Below, one piece after another: positions 1-9,000 of a stretch of DNA of 64,000 nucleotides. The position numbers and the translations under genes were made by a program. Below the pieces are notes generated by a model that ran no database searches, was not told where the DNA came from, and was given only the letters and a program-made list of their open reading frames with translations. Where the stretch lies: the IMG/VR virus record IMGVR_UViG_3300020122_000176. One strand, written 5' to 3'. This stretch comes from an uncultured virus (IMG/VR IMGVR_UViG_3300020122_000176) (Duplodnaviria; Heunggongvirae; Uroviricota; Caudoviricetes). Each line of letters begins with the position of its first letter. The stretch's first letter is position 1.

Positions 1-279
1 CATGATGGCTTCTGAGTCCTTCTTGCAGCCGTCGATGATCTCGCGTTTGGTGAGGCGCGTTTGCTTGCCTGCGATCAAAGCTTCGGCATCGTCGATCTGC
101 TCCCAGTATGGCGACATGGAACCGACGCGCAGCGCTTGCTGGCGCAGGATTTTCACGGCGATGCGAAGCGTGTCGCGCTCTGCCTCGGTGATACAGTCGC
201 AGCTGAAGCCAGCGAACTCTGATCCATCCAGCGTGTTGCGGAGCGTTCGGCAGTAGTCGCTGTGGATGCGCTCAACCAT
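1..279 (-). CDS. Hypothetical protein, 3' end outside the window (MVERIHSDYCRTL...)
   Basis: Open frame from ATG 279 to the window edge; GGAGG RBS upstream. Confidence 0.55.
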   Translation of the reverse strand, partial: MVERIHSDYCRTLRNTLDGSEFAGFSCDCITEAERDTLRIAVKILRQQALRVGSMSPYWEQIDDAEALIAGKQTRLTKREIIDGCKKDSEAIM

Positions 280-451
280 CACACACCTCCCGGATGAGCG
301 AGGCAGCACCAAGCGCGAAGAACAGCAACAGAGGCGGTTCAAGCCACCAAAGCAGCTTTGGGAGGTCCAGCGTGTCGGCGTAGATCGACCACGAGACGAC
401 CACCAAAAGCCACGTCAGGAGCGCCGCGCCGCTGATCAGGAACCAGCGCAT
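272..451 (-). CDS. Small membrane protein (59 aa)
   Basis: Manual translation MRWFLISGAALLTWLLVVSW... with two hydrophobic segments; tightly packed with neighbours. Confidence 0.5.
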   Translation of the reverse strand: MRWFLISGAALLTWLLVVVSWSIYADTLDLPKLLWWLEPPLLLFFALGAASLIREVCDG

Positions 452-453
452 TG

Positions 454-1062
454 TCAGAACCCGATCTCGCCCTGCGGCGGCTTGGCGTTCTTGGCACCGA
501 TGCGCTTTAGGTCATCGCCGCCAAGCTTGTCGTCGCGCGGCGGCATCACGAAGCCATCAGGGAGCGCGCGCTTCTCGAATTTGTACGGGAGCACGCCGTC
601 TTTTGGACGCGTGACATTGTGGAACAGAAACGATCCGATCGACTGCGCTTGGCGCAGCTCTTCCCACATGCGTGGCGGATAATCGAGATACACATAGCGC
701 ACTGGATTGGTGCGGAAGACGACGCTGAGTTCTGCCGCGCCTGGATCGTAGTCGACGAAACAGACTCGACTCGACTTCTCGACGCGCTGTTCGAACGTCA
801 TCGACGGGGAATGGCTTGGGCCGTCTTCGCTCATCATGGGCTTGGTCCTTTCAGTTTTGCCAGAATCGACAAAAGGCCACACCAGCTTGCCGGTTTCTCG
901 AAGCTCGATCAACGTCGCTTCTATGGCTTCCATGGCCGCGATCTCCTTGTCGGCCTCGGCCTGCTTCATGCGGCCGGAGCCGACCCAGCCTGGGTAGACG
1001 CGTCGTCGCAACATGGATTCTCGGCGGGCGGCGGCGATCTGCATGTCGAGTGTGATGATCAT
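454..1062 (-). CDS. KTSC-domain protein with N-terminal helical phage domain
   Basis: SSRV..VDYD....ELSVVF....RYVY..YP...WEEL..AQSIGSFL KTSC signature; ATGA overlap with upstream gene. Confidence 0.8.
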   Translation of the reverse strand: MIITLDMQIAAARRESMLRRRVYPGWVGSGRMKQAEADKEIAAMEAIEATLIELRETGKLVWPFVDSGKTERTKPMMSEDGPSHSPSMTFEQRVEKSSRVCFVDYDPGAAELSVVFRTNPVRYVYLDYPPRMWEELRQAQSIGSFLFHNVTRPKDGVLPYKFEKRALPDGFVMPPRDDKLGGDDLKRIGAKNAKPPQGEIGF

Positions 1063-1247
1063 CGTCTCCTCCTGAAGATGAAAGCTGCGGCCGTGAACGT
1101 CAGCCACAGAAGCGCGAGAGTGATCAGCACCACTTCCGCCCAAAGTGGCTCAACGCCAGGCGTGCCAGCGATCTGCGGAGCGAGTTGGGCCAGCGTCAAT
1201 CCAGCTGCTGCGCAGAAAGCCCCGATGATGAACAGTCGATCGTTCAT
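1059..1247 (-). CDS. Small membrane protein
   Basis: Two hydrophobic helices; ATGA coupling on both sides. Confidence 0.55.
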   Translation of the reverse strand: MNDRLFIIGAFCAAAGLTLAQLAPQIAGTPGVEPLWAEVVLITLALLWLTFTAAAFIFRRRR

Positions 1248-1549
1248 TGCCGCCTCACGATCCAGAACAGAACGCCGGCGATAACAGCCCAGACCAGCAG
1301 TGCTGCGCCCCACACCCGCCAGCCTGGAATCGGACGCTCGACCGAGCGCGCCAGCGTGTCGCGCAGATGGTCGAAGCGCTCGTTCTGATCGTAAGGAAAC
1401 GGGATCACGTTCGGCATCGCGCACAGCCCGCAGAACAGCAGATTGCCATGCGGCTGCTCGACCAGATGGATGGCGCCGCAGTTCTGGCAGCGGCGCTTCA
1501 CGGGCGGCAGATCTGCAGGCTCGCTGTCGCAGGGACGATCGGCAGTCAT
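1244..1549 (-). CDS. Zn-ribbon protein with C-terminal TM helix
   Basis: CQNC...CGLC and a hydrophobic C-terminus. Confidence 0.55.
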   Translation of the reverse strand: MTADRPCDSEPADLPPVKRRCQNCGAIHLVEQPHGNLLFCGLCAMPNVIPFPYDQNERFDHLRDTLARSVERPIPGWRVWGAALLVWAVIAGVLFWIVRRQ

Positions 1550-1764
1550 GTCTCGTCGTCCTCGATCAGTTGGTGCACCTCGTCGTCATCGTCTTCCATG
1601 ACGGATACCCGAGGCCGTCGCAGTTCCTTCTCAACGTCGTCGAGGAACTTCACCAGCCGGTCTTTCGGCTGGCCATCGCGATATGTGGCAAACACTGCGC
1701 GGCGCCAAGCGCGCGCTTTCTCCAGCAACGTCAGATGCTCGTAGTCTTTCTCGTTGACGATCAT
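1546..1764 (-). CDS. Hypothetical protein
   Basis: AAAGGA RBS; ATGA overlap. Confidence 0.55.
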   Translation of the reverse strand: MIVNEKDYEHLTLLEKARAWRRAVFATYRDGQPKDRLVKFLDDVEKELRRPRVSVMEDDDDEVHQLIEDDET

Positions 1765-1779
1765 CGCTGGTCCTTTTTG

Positions 1780-2766
1780 CTAGAGGGAATTTTTCTGCTT
1801 CCACTGCTCGTAGATGCTGGCATCGGCATAGCCGTGCCGTGATAGCACGACGGGGTCGATCTTCGTCTTCGGATCGTTTGGCGCCGGGCCGTGCACCGAT
1901 TCTGGCCACACGGTTTTGCCCCGTTTGAAAATCAGCGTGTCGGTCGCGATGCCGCCGAAGATCTTGGCCAGCAGCAGATCCTCCTCGCTCATCGCCCATT
2001 CGTCGCCAGCATGGCCGTTCGACTTTTCGCCCGATGCGCCGTCTGCCCAGCAGTCGCCATTGAGCCAGGTTGCTGGGTGTTTGGTGTAGCGCTCCTCCTC
2101 GCCTTTGCGCTCGGCGGCATAGCGGGCGGCGCCGGCCAGAATCTTGGTCAGGGACGCTCGTTTGACGGCGCTGTTGAAGGCTCGCTCTGCTGCACGCTTG
2201 GCTGTGTGTCTGGGGTAACTAGCCCAGAAAAGCTCAAAATCAGTTTCTGTCTTTTGAGGAGAAAGCTTTGTAACAATCTCACCCGCACCTCTTGGTGCGG
2301 AGAGATGGTCCTTAGGTCCTTGGTCCCTTCCTTGGTCCTTGGTCCTTGATCCTACCAAGAAAGTTTCCGGATTGACGCGAACTTTCCCGGGAGGCTCGCG
2401 AACGTTCTTGGAGAAGGCGCGAATGTTCTCCTCAGTCGGGACAGGAACCTTTGATTTACTTGGCTTATCTACGCGCTGATGCTTCTCCCAATTCAAAGAT
2501 GCACAGTATGTCGCACCATCTTCGCCTAAATATCGCGCGATGCACCCTTCTTTTTCGAGTTCGGCCATCCAGCCGTCGATCAGGCTGCCGGCGTCGGCGT
2601 CGTAGGGGTAGAGAAGGCTCGCGAGCATTCGCGAGTCCCCGCGACTGCGACCGTGATCATCGCAAAGGGTCCATAGCTGAATGAACAGCAGGCGGGCGTC
2701 GCGGCTGACGCGGCCCATGCTCTCGGACTGCGGAAATTCGGGTTTGATGGTTCGGATGCGCGGCAT
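1780..2766 (-). CDS. Phage replication initiator (O-like/replisome organizer)
   Basis: RIRTIKPEF...ARLLFIQLWTLCDDHGR N-terminus; FELFWASYPR...KHPATWLN C-terminal domain; near DnaB. Confidence 0.85.
   Translation of the reverse strand: MPRIRTIKPEFPQSESMGRVSRDARLLFIQLWTLCDDHGRSRGDSRMLASLLYPYDADAGSLIDGWMAELEKEGCIARYLGEDGATYCASLNWEKHQRVDKPSKSKVPVPTEENIRAFSKNVREPPGKVRVNPETFLVGSRTKDQGRDQGPKDHLSAPRGAGEIVTKLSPQKTETDFELFWASYPRHTAKRAAERAFNSAVKRASLTKILAGAARYAAERKGEEERYTKHPATWLNGDCWADGASGEKSNGHAGDEWAMSEEDLLLAKIFGGIATDTLIFKRGKTVWPESVHGPAPNDPKTKIDPVVLSRHGYADASIYEQWKQKNSL
2376..2428. repeat. Three 11-bp iteron-like repeats CGCGAAYKTTC at exact 21-bp spacing (putative origin)
   Basis: cgcgaactttc 2376, cgcgaacgttc 2397, cgcgaatgttc 2418, inside the initiator gene; GGTCCTT tandem tract at about 2307-2353. 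Confidence 0.65.
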
Positions 2767-2896
2767 CGAGATTATCCCCTCCTTGGCGGGGCAGGCGCGC
2801 CGGGAACAGCCACCGCCAAGGAGCGGTGCTGGGGATGGCCATCCGCCGCCCCCGACGCGAGAACAGTTAGACTGATTCGTGTGAATTCCCGAGGCC

Positions 2897-3295
2897 TCAT
2901 GGTTTTGGCCCCACCATGAACGTCGGCGGCAGGGCGAATTTGAAGCGCACGTTGCGCCACATGTGCAGGCAAAACGGGTGGCAATTGACGTAGTCGGACG
3001 CGGGCGGGTGGAACTGCACGACGCACTCGTTGGGCTCCCAAAACAGGTTCTTTACGAAGCACATCTCGTCCCACGTCGGGCAGCGAGATTCAGTACTAAC
3101 GCTGACGTGTTCCCAGCCCACAGCGTCGGGGCGGTCGGCGGTGTTTGCGATAATGCGCAGCGTCCAGCCGCCCGGGCCTGGCACTTCGAATGCACCGTTA
3201 AGACCAGCGCTTTCGTCGCTGCCCCATTTGCCGCCGCGGGCCTTGCTGATGCGGCCAAGTTGCAGTGCCAGATCGACTGTTGCGCGCATGTTCAA
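2897..3295 (-). CDS. Conserved phage protein (WEHVSVS...PTWDEM...HP...LHMWR family)
   Basis: Recognisable motif of a widespread phage early protein; ATGA overlap with DnaB. Confidence 0.7.
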   Translation of the reverse strand: MNMRATVDLALQLGRISKARGGKWGSDESAGLNGAFEVPGPGGWTLRIIANTADRPDAVGWEHVSVSTESRCPTWDEMCFVKNLFWEPNECVVQFHPPASDYVNCHPFCLHMWRNVRFKFALPPTFMVGPKP

Positions 3296-4773
3296 CTCCC
3301 CTCGTTAACCGGGCTTAAAAGGTCTGGCGGGCGTGCTGCGGGTGCCATGTCCTCAGCGTCGCTAAAGCGTGTAAAGGCTGGCTCAAACCGCGCGCGCGCC
3401 TTGCCAATGCGGTCCATGCGCGCCTTGGTGCTGAAGATCTGCATCCAGCCCTTTTCGCGCTCCATGGCCACGACCCATTCGTTGCGCGCTTTGTTGTCTG
3501 ATGAGGGTGGCTCCTCGCGCTCGAGATAGTAGGACTCGCTGTGCAAAAACCAGATGGCATCGGCATTCTGCTCGATCGCGCTTGCGCCATACAGATCGCT
3601 GTTAATCGGCCGTTTTGAGGGCCTTTTGTTGTAGTCCCGGTTCAAGTGCGCCAGCAGCATGATGGCCGCGTTCATCTCCTTCGCGAGGTCTTTCAGATCG
3701 CTGGTGATCTGCTGTATTTGGTCGCGCTCGTCGAGCCTGGGGTTGGCTGGCTTGATGAAGCGCAGATGGTCGATGATGATCAGCGCAAGCTCGTCGTCAA
3801 TGCGGCGCTGCAAGGCATGCGCGCGTGCTCGCATCTGGGCCACGGAGAGCTTCGGCGTGCTATCGATTCTAACGGCGATATCGTCCATGCCGGCGTGGGC
3901 AAGCATCATCTGCTCGATGTCGGCGGCGCTGACCTTTCCGCGGCGCATGAGGCTGGACGGAATATCGGTGGCATCGGCTACCTGGCGCATGCCGAGTTGC
4001 CAGTCCGCCATCTCGAGGCTGAAGAACAGAACCTGTTTTTTGGCGCCGGGCGCGTCGTCACGATGGCGTCCGTAATCCTGCCCCCGACCATTGGCGACTG
4101 CCGTCATTTGGGCGAAGGCGGACTTGCCCATATTCGGCGCGCCGGCGAGCACGAGCAGATCACTGCGGTAGATGCCGCCAAGCTCGTTGTCGACTGCCAG
4201 AAGCCCCGATGTCAGACAAACCTCGGCCGGGCTGGTGCGGGCATGTTCGGCCTTTTGGATGGCTTCATAGCTTAGATCCCGCAAGGTGATGGCGCCGCGG
4301 CCGGTATCGTGCTTGCGCCCTAGCTCGTAGAGCCGCTCGCTGGCGGCGTCCGTAATGGCCTCTGCAGCGCCAATATCCGCGTCCGTGGCGGGCGAGCCGG
4401 CCAGGGCTACCAAGTCCCGCCCAATCTCCATCAGCTGGCGCCTGGCGCTTAGGGCGCGAAGTGTGGCCGCAAAATCGCGCATGCTGGGAAGTGCCGGCGC
4501 AGCTGCGGCCAGACCGACCAGATAATCGCGCCCCCCGACCTCGGCCAAGCCCGGATCCGCCTTCATGGCCGAATGCAGGGTCAAAGGCGTTACGCCCATG
4601 CGCCGCTTGATGCGGTCGCCAATCATTTCGAAAATCCGCTGGTGAAGGGGATCGTAAAAGTCGTCGGCGCCGAGCACGCCTTCAAGCCTCCAATAGGCAG
4701 CGCCGTCGATTAGAAGCGCGCCAAGCACGGCCTGCTCAAGTTCGACGTTGCAAGGTATGGACTCAGTCGCCAT
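3292..4773 (-). CDS. dnaB: Replicative DNA helicase, DnaB family
   Basis: EQAVLGALL N-domain, Walker A GAPNMGKS, FSLEM, IIIDHL, LYGASAIEQNADAIWFL. Confidence 0.95.
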   Translation of the reverse strand: MATESIPCNVELEQAVLGALLIDGAAYWRLEGVLGADDFYDPLHQRIFEMIGDRIKRRMGVTPLTLHSAMKADPGLAEVGGRDYLVGLAAAAPALPSMRDFAATLRALSARRQLMEIGRDLVALAGSPATDADIGAAEAITDAASERLYELGRKHDTGRGAITLRDLSYEAIQKAEHARTSPAEVCLTSGLLAVDNELGGIYRSDLLVLAGAPNMGKSAFAQMTAVANGRGQDYGRHRDDAPGAKKQVLFFSLEMADWQLGMRQVADATDIPSSLMRRGKVSAADIEQMMLAHAGMDDIAVRIDSTPKLSVAQMRARAHALQRRIDDELALIIIDHLRFIKPANPRLDERDQIQQITSDLKDLAKEMNAAIMLLAHLNRDYNKRPSKRPINSDLYGASAIEQNADAIWFLHSESYYLEREEPPSSDNKARNEWVVAMEREKGWMQIFSTKARMDRIGKARARFEPAFTRFSDAEDMAPAARPPDLLSPVNEGS

Positions 4774-5437
4774 TGGCTTCGAATCGATCGATCTCATTAC
4801 CCCATGACGCCCAGTTCGGCGCGCGGCTGCGAGCGAAAAGTTCGCAGTAGGGACCGTCGAACATGGTCTCGATTCTGGTGCGCGCTTCGTCTGGCTTGCG
4901 GCTGTGTTCGCGGCGTGGCTGGCGGATCGTCCCACCCGGCCACCATTCAATGAAATCGCGCATCGATCGGCTGTTTGTCTCGGTCACATGGCCAAAGAAA
5001 TCGACAGGCTTACGCAGGCGCGGGGTGCCGCGGGTCAGCAGCAGACATGGCTCGAGGTTCTTGCGTGTGCCGTAGCCGGGACCGAAGGCAAATTTACCGG
5101 TCTGGGCGTTGTACTTAATCCACTCCCAAGCGACAGAGGAGTAGATGAGTCCCCAAGCCGAAATAACCGTCGTCCACTGCGGCATCAGAGGCCATGTGAA
5201 CCAGCAGAAAACGGCGCAATCCTTGGCCATAAGCAGCGCCAGCGGCAGCTTGGCGATGTCCTCGATCGGCATGCAGGGATAGTGGTTTATGGCGTTCTTT
5301 TCTTCGCCGGACTCGCTGAAATTTGCGTATAGCCACGGCGGGTCGATATGCAGCACGCGGAAGCCGCTCGATGGCCGTAAGCGCGTCCATTCGTGAGACA
5401 CCCTTTCGAGATCCAGCCTAATAATTCTCTGGCTCAT
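4763..5437 (-). CDS. MT-A70 family adenine methyltransferase
   Basis: DPPW catalytic motif, HSRKP, ELFAR, WGNE. Confidence 0.92.
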   Translation of the reverse strand: MSQRIIRLDLERVSHEWTRLRPSSGFRVLHIDPPWLYANFSESGEEKNAINHYPCMPIEDIAKLPLALLMAKDCAVFCWFTWPLMPQWTTVISAWGLIYSSVAWEWIKYNAQTGKFAFGPGYGTRKNLEPCLLLTRGTPRLRKPVDFFGHVTETNSRSMRDFIEWWPGGTIRQPRREHSRKPDEARTRIETMFDGPYCELFARSRAPNWASWGNEIDRFEANGD

Positions 5438-5600
5438 TTTGCGGCTCCGAATTTGATAGCCCAACGCTCGCGATCGAGCGCCACCTTCTCCTTGCGCCGC
5501 AGCGATTTCTCGCGCTTCGCTTGCTCGCTGAGGGTCAGTTGCTCTGTCTCGAGGCTGTCCTGCAGGACCAGCGTGCATGGATCGAACAGCGCCAGGCAGA
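5434..5600 (-). pseudogene. 3' half of a 104-aa phage gene split by the IS
   Basis: Joins 8242..8087 in frame once the IS and one target duplication are removed. Confidence 0.8.
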
Positions 5601-5674
5601 GGCGATTATGCACTACTTGACTAATTGGGACCATTAGCCTACACTCCTCTCAGAGATTGAGTAGGAATTGCAAA

Positions 5675-6580
5675 ATGTCCAATAAAAACAAGCGCATACA
5701 TCAAATGACCATTTCCGAGTGGGAAAAGGCCTTTCCAGACGAAGATGCATGCTGTGCTTATCTGGTCCGCCATCGCTGGCCGACTGGCGTCTACTGCCCG
5801 CGCTGTGGCGCTACGACCGTCAAAGAGCACGGCACGATGCAATGGAATTGGCTGTGCAATGAATGCTCGCCGTCCGGGACCAACTATCGCTTCAGCCACA
5901 TCACCGGGACGATCTTCGAGAACACCAACAAGCCGCTGCGCGACTGGTTTCGCGTCATTCACCGGATGCTGGTCAGCAAGAAAGGCGTCAGTGCGCTCCA
6001 GATTTATCGCGAAATGGGTTTCGGTAGCTATCGCACTGCTTGGTACATGTGCCATCGCGTTCGTGGCGGGTTGGCGAACGAAGATTTCCGCAAGCTGATG
6101 GGAATTGTTGAGGTCGATGAGACCTACATCGGCGGCAAAGCCAAGAACCGGCACGGCGGACACGACAACACTGGCGGCGGTACAGGCAACAAGATGGTTG
6201 TGATTGGTGCCATCGAACGAAAGGGCAAGGTCGTTGCGAAGGTTCTGAACCGCGTCAGCCATACCGCGATGCAAAGCTTCGTGCATGAGACCGTTTCGAC
6301 CGATGTCAGCTTGCTCGCGACCGACGAACACCGCGCCTACGTCGGGATCGACTACCGTTACAATCATGGTGCCGTGAACCATGCATCCGGCAAGTATGTG
6401 GTCGGCGCGATCCACACCAACACCATCGAAGGCTTCTGGTCGCTGATTAAGCGCGGCGTTGTCGGCACTTATCACAAGGTCAGCCGCAAGTATCTCCCGC
6501 TGTACGTCGCGGAATTTCAGTTTCGATATAACAATCGGCTGAACGAAGACATATTCGGTGAGGCAATTCGCGGGTGCTAG
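5675..6580 (+). CDS. IS1595-family transposase (Zn ribbon + ISXO2-like DDE)
   Basis: CPRCG...CNEC, VEVDETYIGG, TDE, HTNTIEGFWSLIKRG, YVAEFQFRYNNR. Confidence 0.95.
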   Translation: MSNKNKRIHQMTISEWEKAFPDEDACCAYLVRHRWPTGVYCPRCGATTVKEHGTMQWNWLCNECSPSGTNYRFSHITGTIFENTNKPLRDWFRVIHRMLVSKKGVSALQIYREMGFGSYRTAWYMCHRVRGGLANEDFRKLMGIVEVDETYIGGKAKNRHGGHDNTGGGTGNKMVVIGAIERKGKVVAKVLNRVSHTAMQSFVHETVSTDVSLLATDEHRAYVGIDYRYNHGAVNHASGKYVVGAIHTNTIEGFWSLIKRGVVGTYHKVSRKYLPLYVAEFQFRYNNRLNEDIFGEAIRGC

Positions 6581-6678
6581 CATCCTGTCATTAGCCTCCT
6601 GATTCGAGTGTGAGCGGCTAATAAGAGCCCAGCAGCCACGCTCAGAATTGCGGCGATCACGGATGTGAGCACTATCGA

Positions 6679-7422
6679 ATGTGGATCATTTTGCTCATGT
6701 TCGACGGTCTTGGCGCGATCTGGAATTTTTTGGCCGAGAACGCCACCGTTTTGTCGATAGTTGTCACCGCAATAGCTACCACGTTCGTGGCCGTTTTCAC
6801 TGTTGAACTCGCAACCGTTACCGCGCGGTCCGTCAACCTCGCGCGGCAAGAGTTTGACGCCAATCACAGGCCATGGGTGTCCGCTAAGGTAAGCGCGGAC
6901 TCTGACATCATCGTTTCCGGCGATGCGGTGACGATGCATCTCCGAGTCAAACTTAAGAACACTGGAAATTCTCCGGCACTTAACGTCATGCAGACGGCAG
7001 CGATGTTTCCGGGGGATACGGTGAACGTCAACGCTTGGCAGGCCCGCTCCGCTAACTCGCGAGCCAGAACGCAAGACCCCAACGCGCGCGTCGGTTTCAC
7101 TTTGTTTCCCGGTCAATCCCGGACTGTCTCTACCTTTGTTGCTATCAATTTGAATAGCTACGAGGTCGCCAATCTCGACAAAGAAAGACCCGGATGGGCG
7201 GCTTTCATCATGCCCCACGCCTTTGGCTGCGTCACTTACGTTTCCGGTTACGGAACGAAGGGCGAAACGGGCTGGTGCAGCCTGGTTCTCAAGAAGACTC
7301 CTAGCACTAACGGAAATTTTGGGGTCCAAAATATGGGACACGGCATTAGGCGAGATCAGAAAGTCGTCCCGCAGGATGACATCGTGTTTCCTGAACATAT
7401 TACTGGCAACTACGCCAAATGA
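6679..7422 (+). CDS. IS passenger: membrane-anchored protein of unknown function
   Basis: N-terminal TM segments, RPWV motif, NTGNSPA; lies between the IRs. Confidence 0.7.
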   Translation: MWIILLMFDGLGAIWNFLAENATVLSIVVTAIATTFVAVFTVELATVTARSVNLARQEFDANHRPWVSAKVSADSDIIVSGDAVTMHLRVKLKNTGNSPALNVMQTAAMFPGDTVNVNAWQARSANSRARTQDPNARVGFTLFPGQSRTVSTFVAINLNSYEVANLDKERPGWAAFIMPHAFGCVTYVSGYGTKGETGWCSLVLKKTPSTNGNFGVQNMGHGIRRDQKVVPQDDIVFPEHITGNYAK

Positions 7423-7489
7423 TGTCCTCGCCTGAGCTGGCGTGGTGAATGCGCCCTGTCCCCATACGATTAGAAACGCGGAGACCAAC

Positions 7490-7834
7490 ATGGCGGGATA
7501 TTTTGATACCAGTGTGGATCGGACCACGGACGAATTGCTTGAAGCGGTCGTGATTGGCGTAAAGACCGGCATAAACCAAAACAAAATCTCCTTCGCGATA
7601 ACTCCGTTTGCGGTCCTACTGGTCAAACTGAGCCAAGATGCAGAGAAGACCGCCCGAAGAGTTGTGTGCCTGACATGGGCCTTAGTAGCGCTCACGGTCG
7701 CGCTCCTTGGGCTTACTGCCTATCTGGCGTGGCATGAGGCTAATCAGCAAACCAACCAGCACAGCGATCTCAATGCAAAGAGCAGCGCCCAACAGGCACA
7801 GCCCCAGCCAACGCCAATGCCAAAGCAGAAGTAG
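7490..7834 (+). CDS. IS passenger: small membrane protein
   Basis: GGAG RBS; TM helix LTWALVALTVALLGLTAYL. Confidence 0.65.
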   Translation: MAGYFDTSVDRTTDELLEAVVIGVKTGINQNKISFAITPFAVLLVKLSQDAEKTARRVVCLTWALVALTVALLGLTAYLAWHEANQQTNQHSDLNAKSSAQQAQPQPTPMPKQK

Positions 7835-8086
7835 CGCGCCCATCTAGCGCGCTCCCTCTAGAGCAGTTTGTCGATCAGCCTCGCGATCTCTGGAACAAGC
7901 GCAACAATGAGTGCCCCCCAGAGCGGGATGTACCGCTTCCGGAGCGGTCTCAGTTTTTTGCGCGGGCGACTCATGGAGCGAAGGTTGGCCGCCCCGATTG
8001 AACGAAACATTATGACCTTGACTCTCACCCTCATGGAGGGGAGTATAGGTTTCTCTTCCTACATAGTCAAGTAAGGCATAATCGCC

Positions 8087-8242
8087 CAGGCAGACGCTAG
8101 GGCGCGTGTCATACGGATCCTGCGCAAGCGGATCATTGATGGCCTTCGCGAGATCGCCCAAGGTCGTGGCGCGCGTTGCCTTCGTGACACGATCTGTCAC
8201 GGTCACGACTTGGTCGCGACAGGCCCAGAAGCGGTAGGACAT
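8087..8242 (-). pseudogene. 5' half of the IS-interrupted phage gene
   Basis: MSYRFWAC...RPSVCL ends at the target duplication. Confidence 0.8.
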
Positions 8243-8244
8243 GG

Positions 8245-8457
8245 CTATGCCGCGCGTTTGCCGAGTCGCCTGACCTGTGAAATCCGCACGAATGTGGCAG
8301 TGTCACGCCCCGGCAGTCCCATTCGGTGCGCTTTGCCGATTACCATATTGCGCGTGACGCCCTTACCGAGCGTCCTGGCTATCTCAGAGGTCAGCACATC
8401 GTCGCGCCACAGCTGTTCCAGTGCGGTCATGTTCTCATCTGTCCAGGTCCATTTCAT
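8245..8457 (-). CDS. GcrA-family cell-cycle regulator (N-terminal HTH domain only)
   Basis: WTDE....L..LW...TSEIARTLG.GVTRNMVIGKAHRMGL. Confidence 0.88.
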   Translation of the reverse strand: MKWTWTDENMTALEQLWRDDVLTSEIARTLGKGVTRNMVIGKAHRMGLPGRDTATFVRISQVRRLGKRAA

Positions 8458-8508
8458 CGTTGCTACCCTTTTGGCCGTTGGATTGGTCGACTGAGTCGGT
8501 TGAAGTGA

Positions 8509-9000
8509 TCAAGTCGCTTTAGCGCGTCCCAGCAGATCATTTTCAGAGTCGACGACGCGCTCGCGCACCCGAACCAGCACGAAGGCACGACCCTCATGGC
8601 TGTAACGTTTGCGCACGATCAAATCGGAGACTTGGCTATCGTCGATCCAGACCACGTCGTTGAACGCGTCCATGACCAGCTTGGCGCGGTTGTCGAGATC
8701 GGGCTTGGCCGTGCTGTAGAAGCCGGCCGCAGACTCGCATTGCTTGCGAGACCACGAAACCGGCCGCCTCAGCCAGAACTCGATCGTTAATTCCACCGGC
8801 CCTTCGAACTTGCCACTGCCAAACTGTGCGTGGAAGGCGGCAAACGCTAAGCCTTTGATAAGTCGCTCTGTCTTGGCGCTATCGGGATCCGGATAGATGA
8901 ACGCAATGGGCTTGCCAGCGGCGTAGCCAATACGGGTGCGAGGCCGGCCTTTGCCGCCGACCTCCCCGTCGACCTGCAGGACGAATTCGCGCGGCATCAC
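8509..9000 (-). CDS. rusA: RusA-family Holliday junction resolvase
   Basis: GKGRPR, KPDLDNRAKLVMDAFN..VWIDDSQV. Confidence 0.92.
   Translation of the reverse strand: MMPREFVLQVDGEVGGKGRPRTRIGYAAGKPIAFIYPDPDSAKTERLIKGLAFAAFHAQFGSGKFEGPVELTIEFWLRRPVSWSRKQCESAAGFYSTAKPDLDNRAKLVMDAFNDVVWIDDSQVSDLIVRKRYSHEGRAFVLVRVRERVVDSENDLLGRAKAT

Larger units (their letters stand above)
5601..8086 (+). mobile_element. IS1595-family element with passenger genes (2486 bp)
   Basis: Terminal IRs GGCGATTATGC..TACTTGACTA (21/23 match); 8-bp duplication CAGGCAGA at 5593-5600 and 8087-8094. Confidence 0.95.

Noticed and set aside
4774..4950. N-terminal extension of DnaB in the ORF track
   Set aside because: Overlaps the MT-A70 gene; DnaB homology starts at ATG 4773
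5639..7695. Long minus-strand ORFs (314 and 372 aa)
   Set aside because: Antisense shadows of the transposase and passenger genes; no motifs
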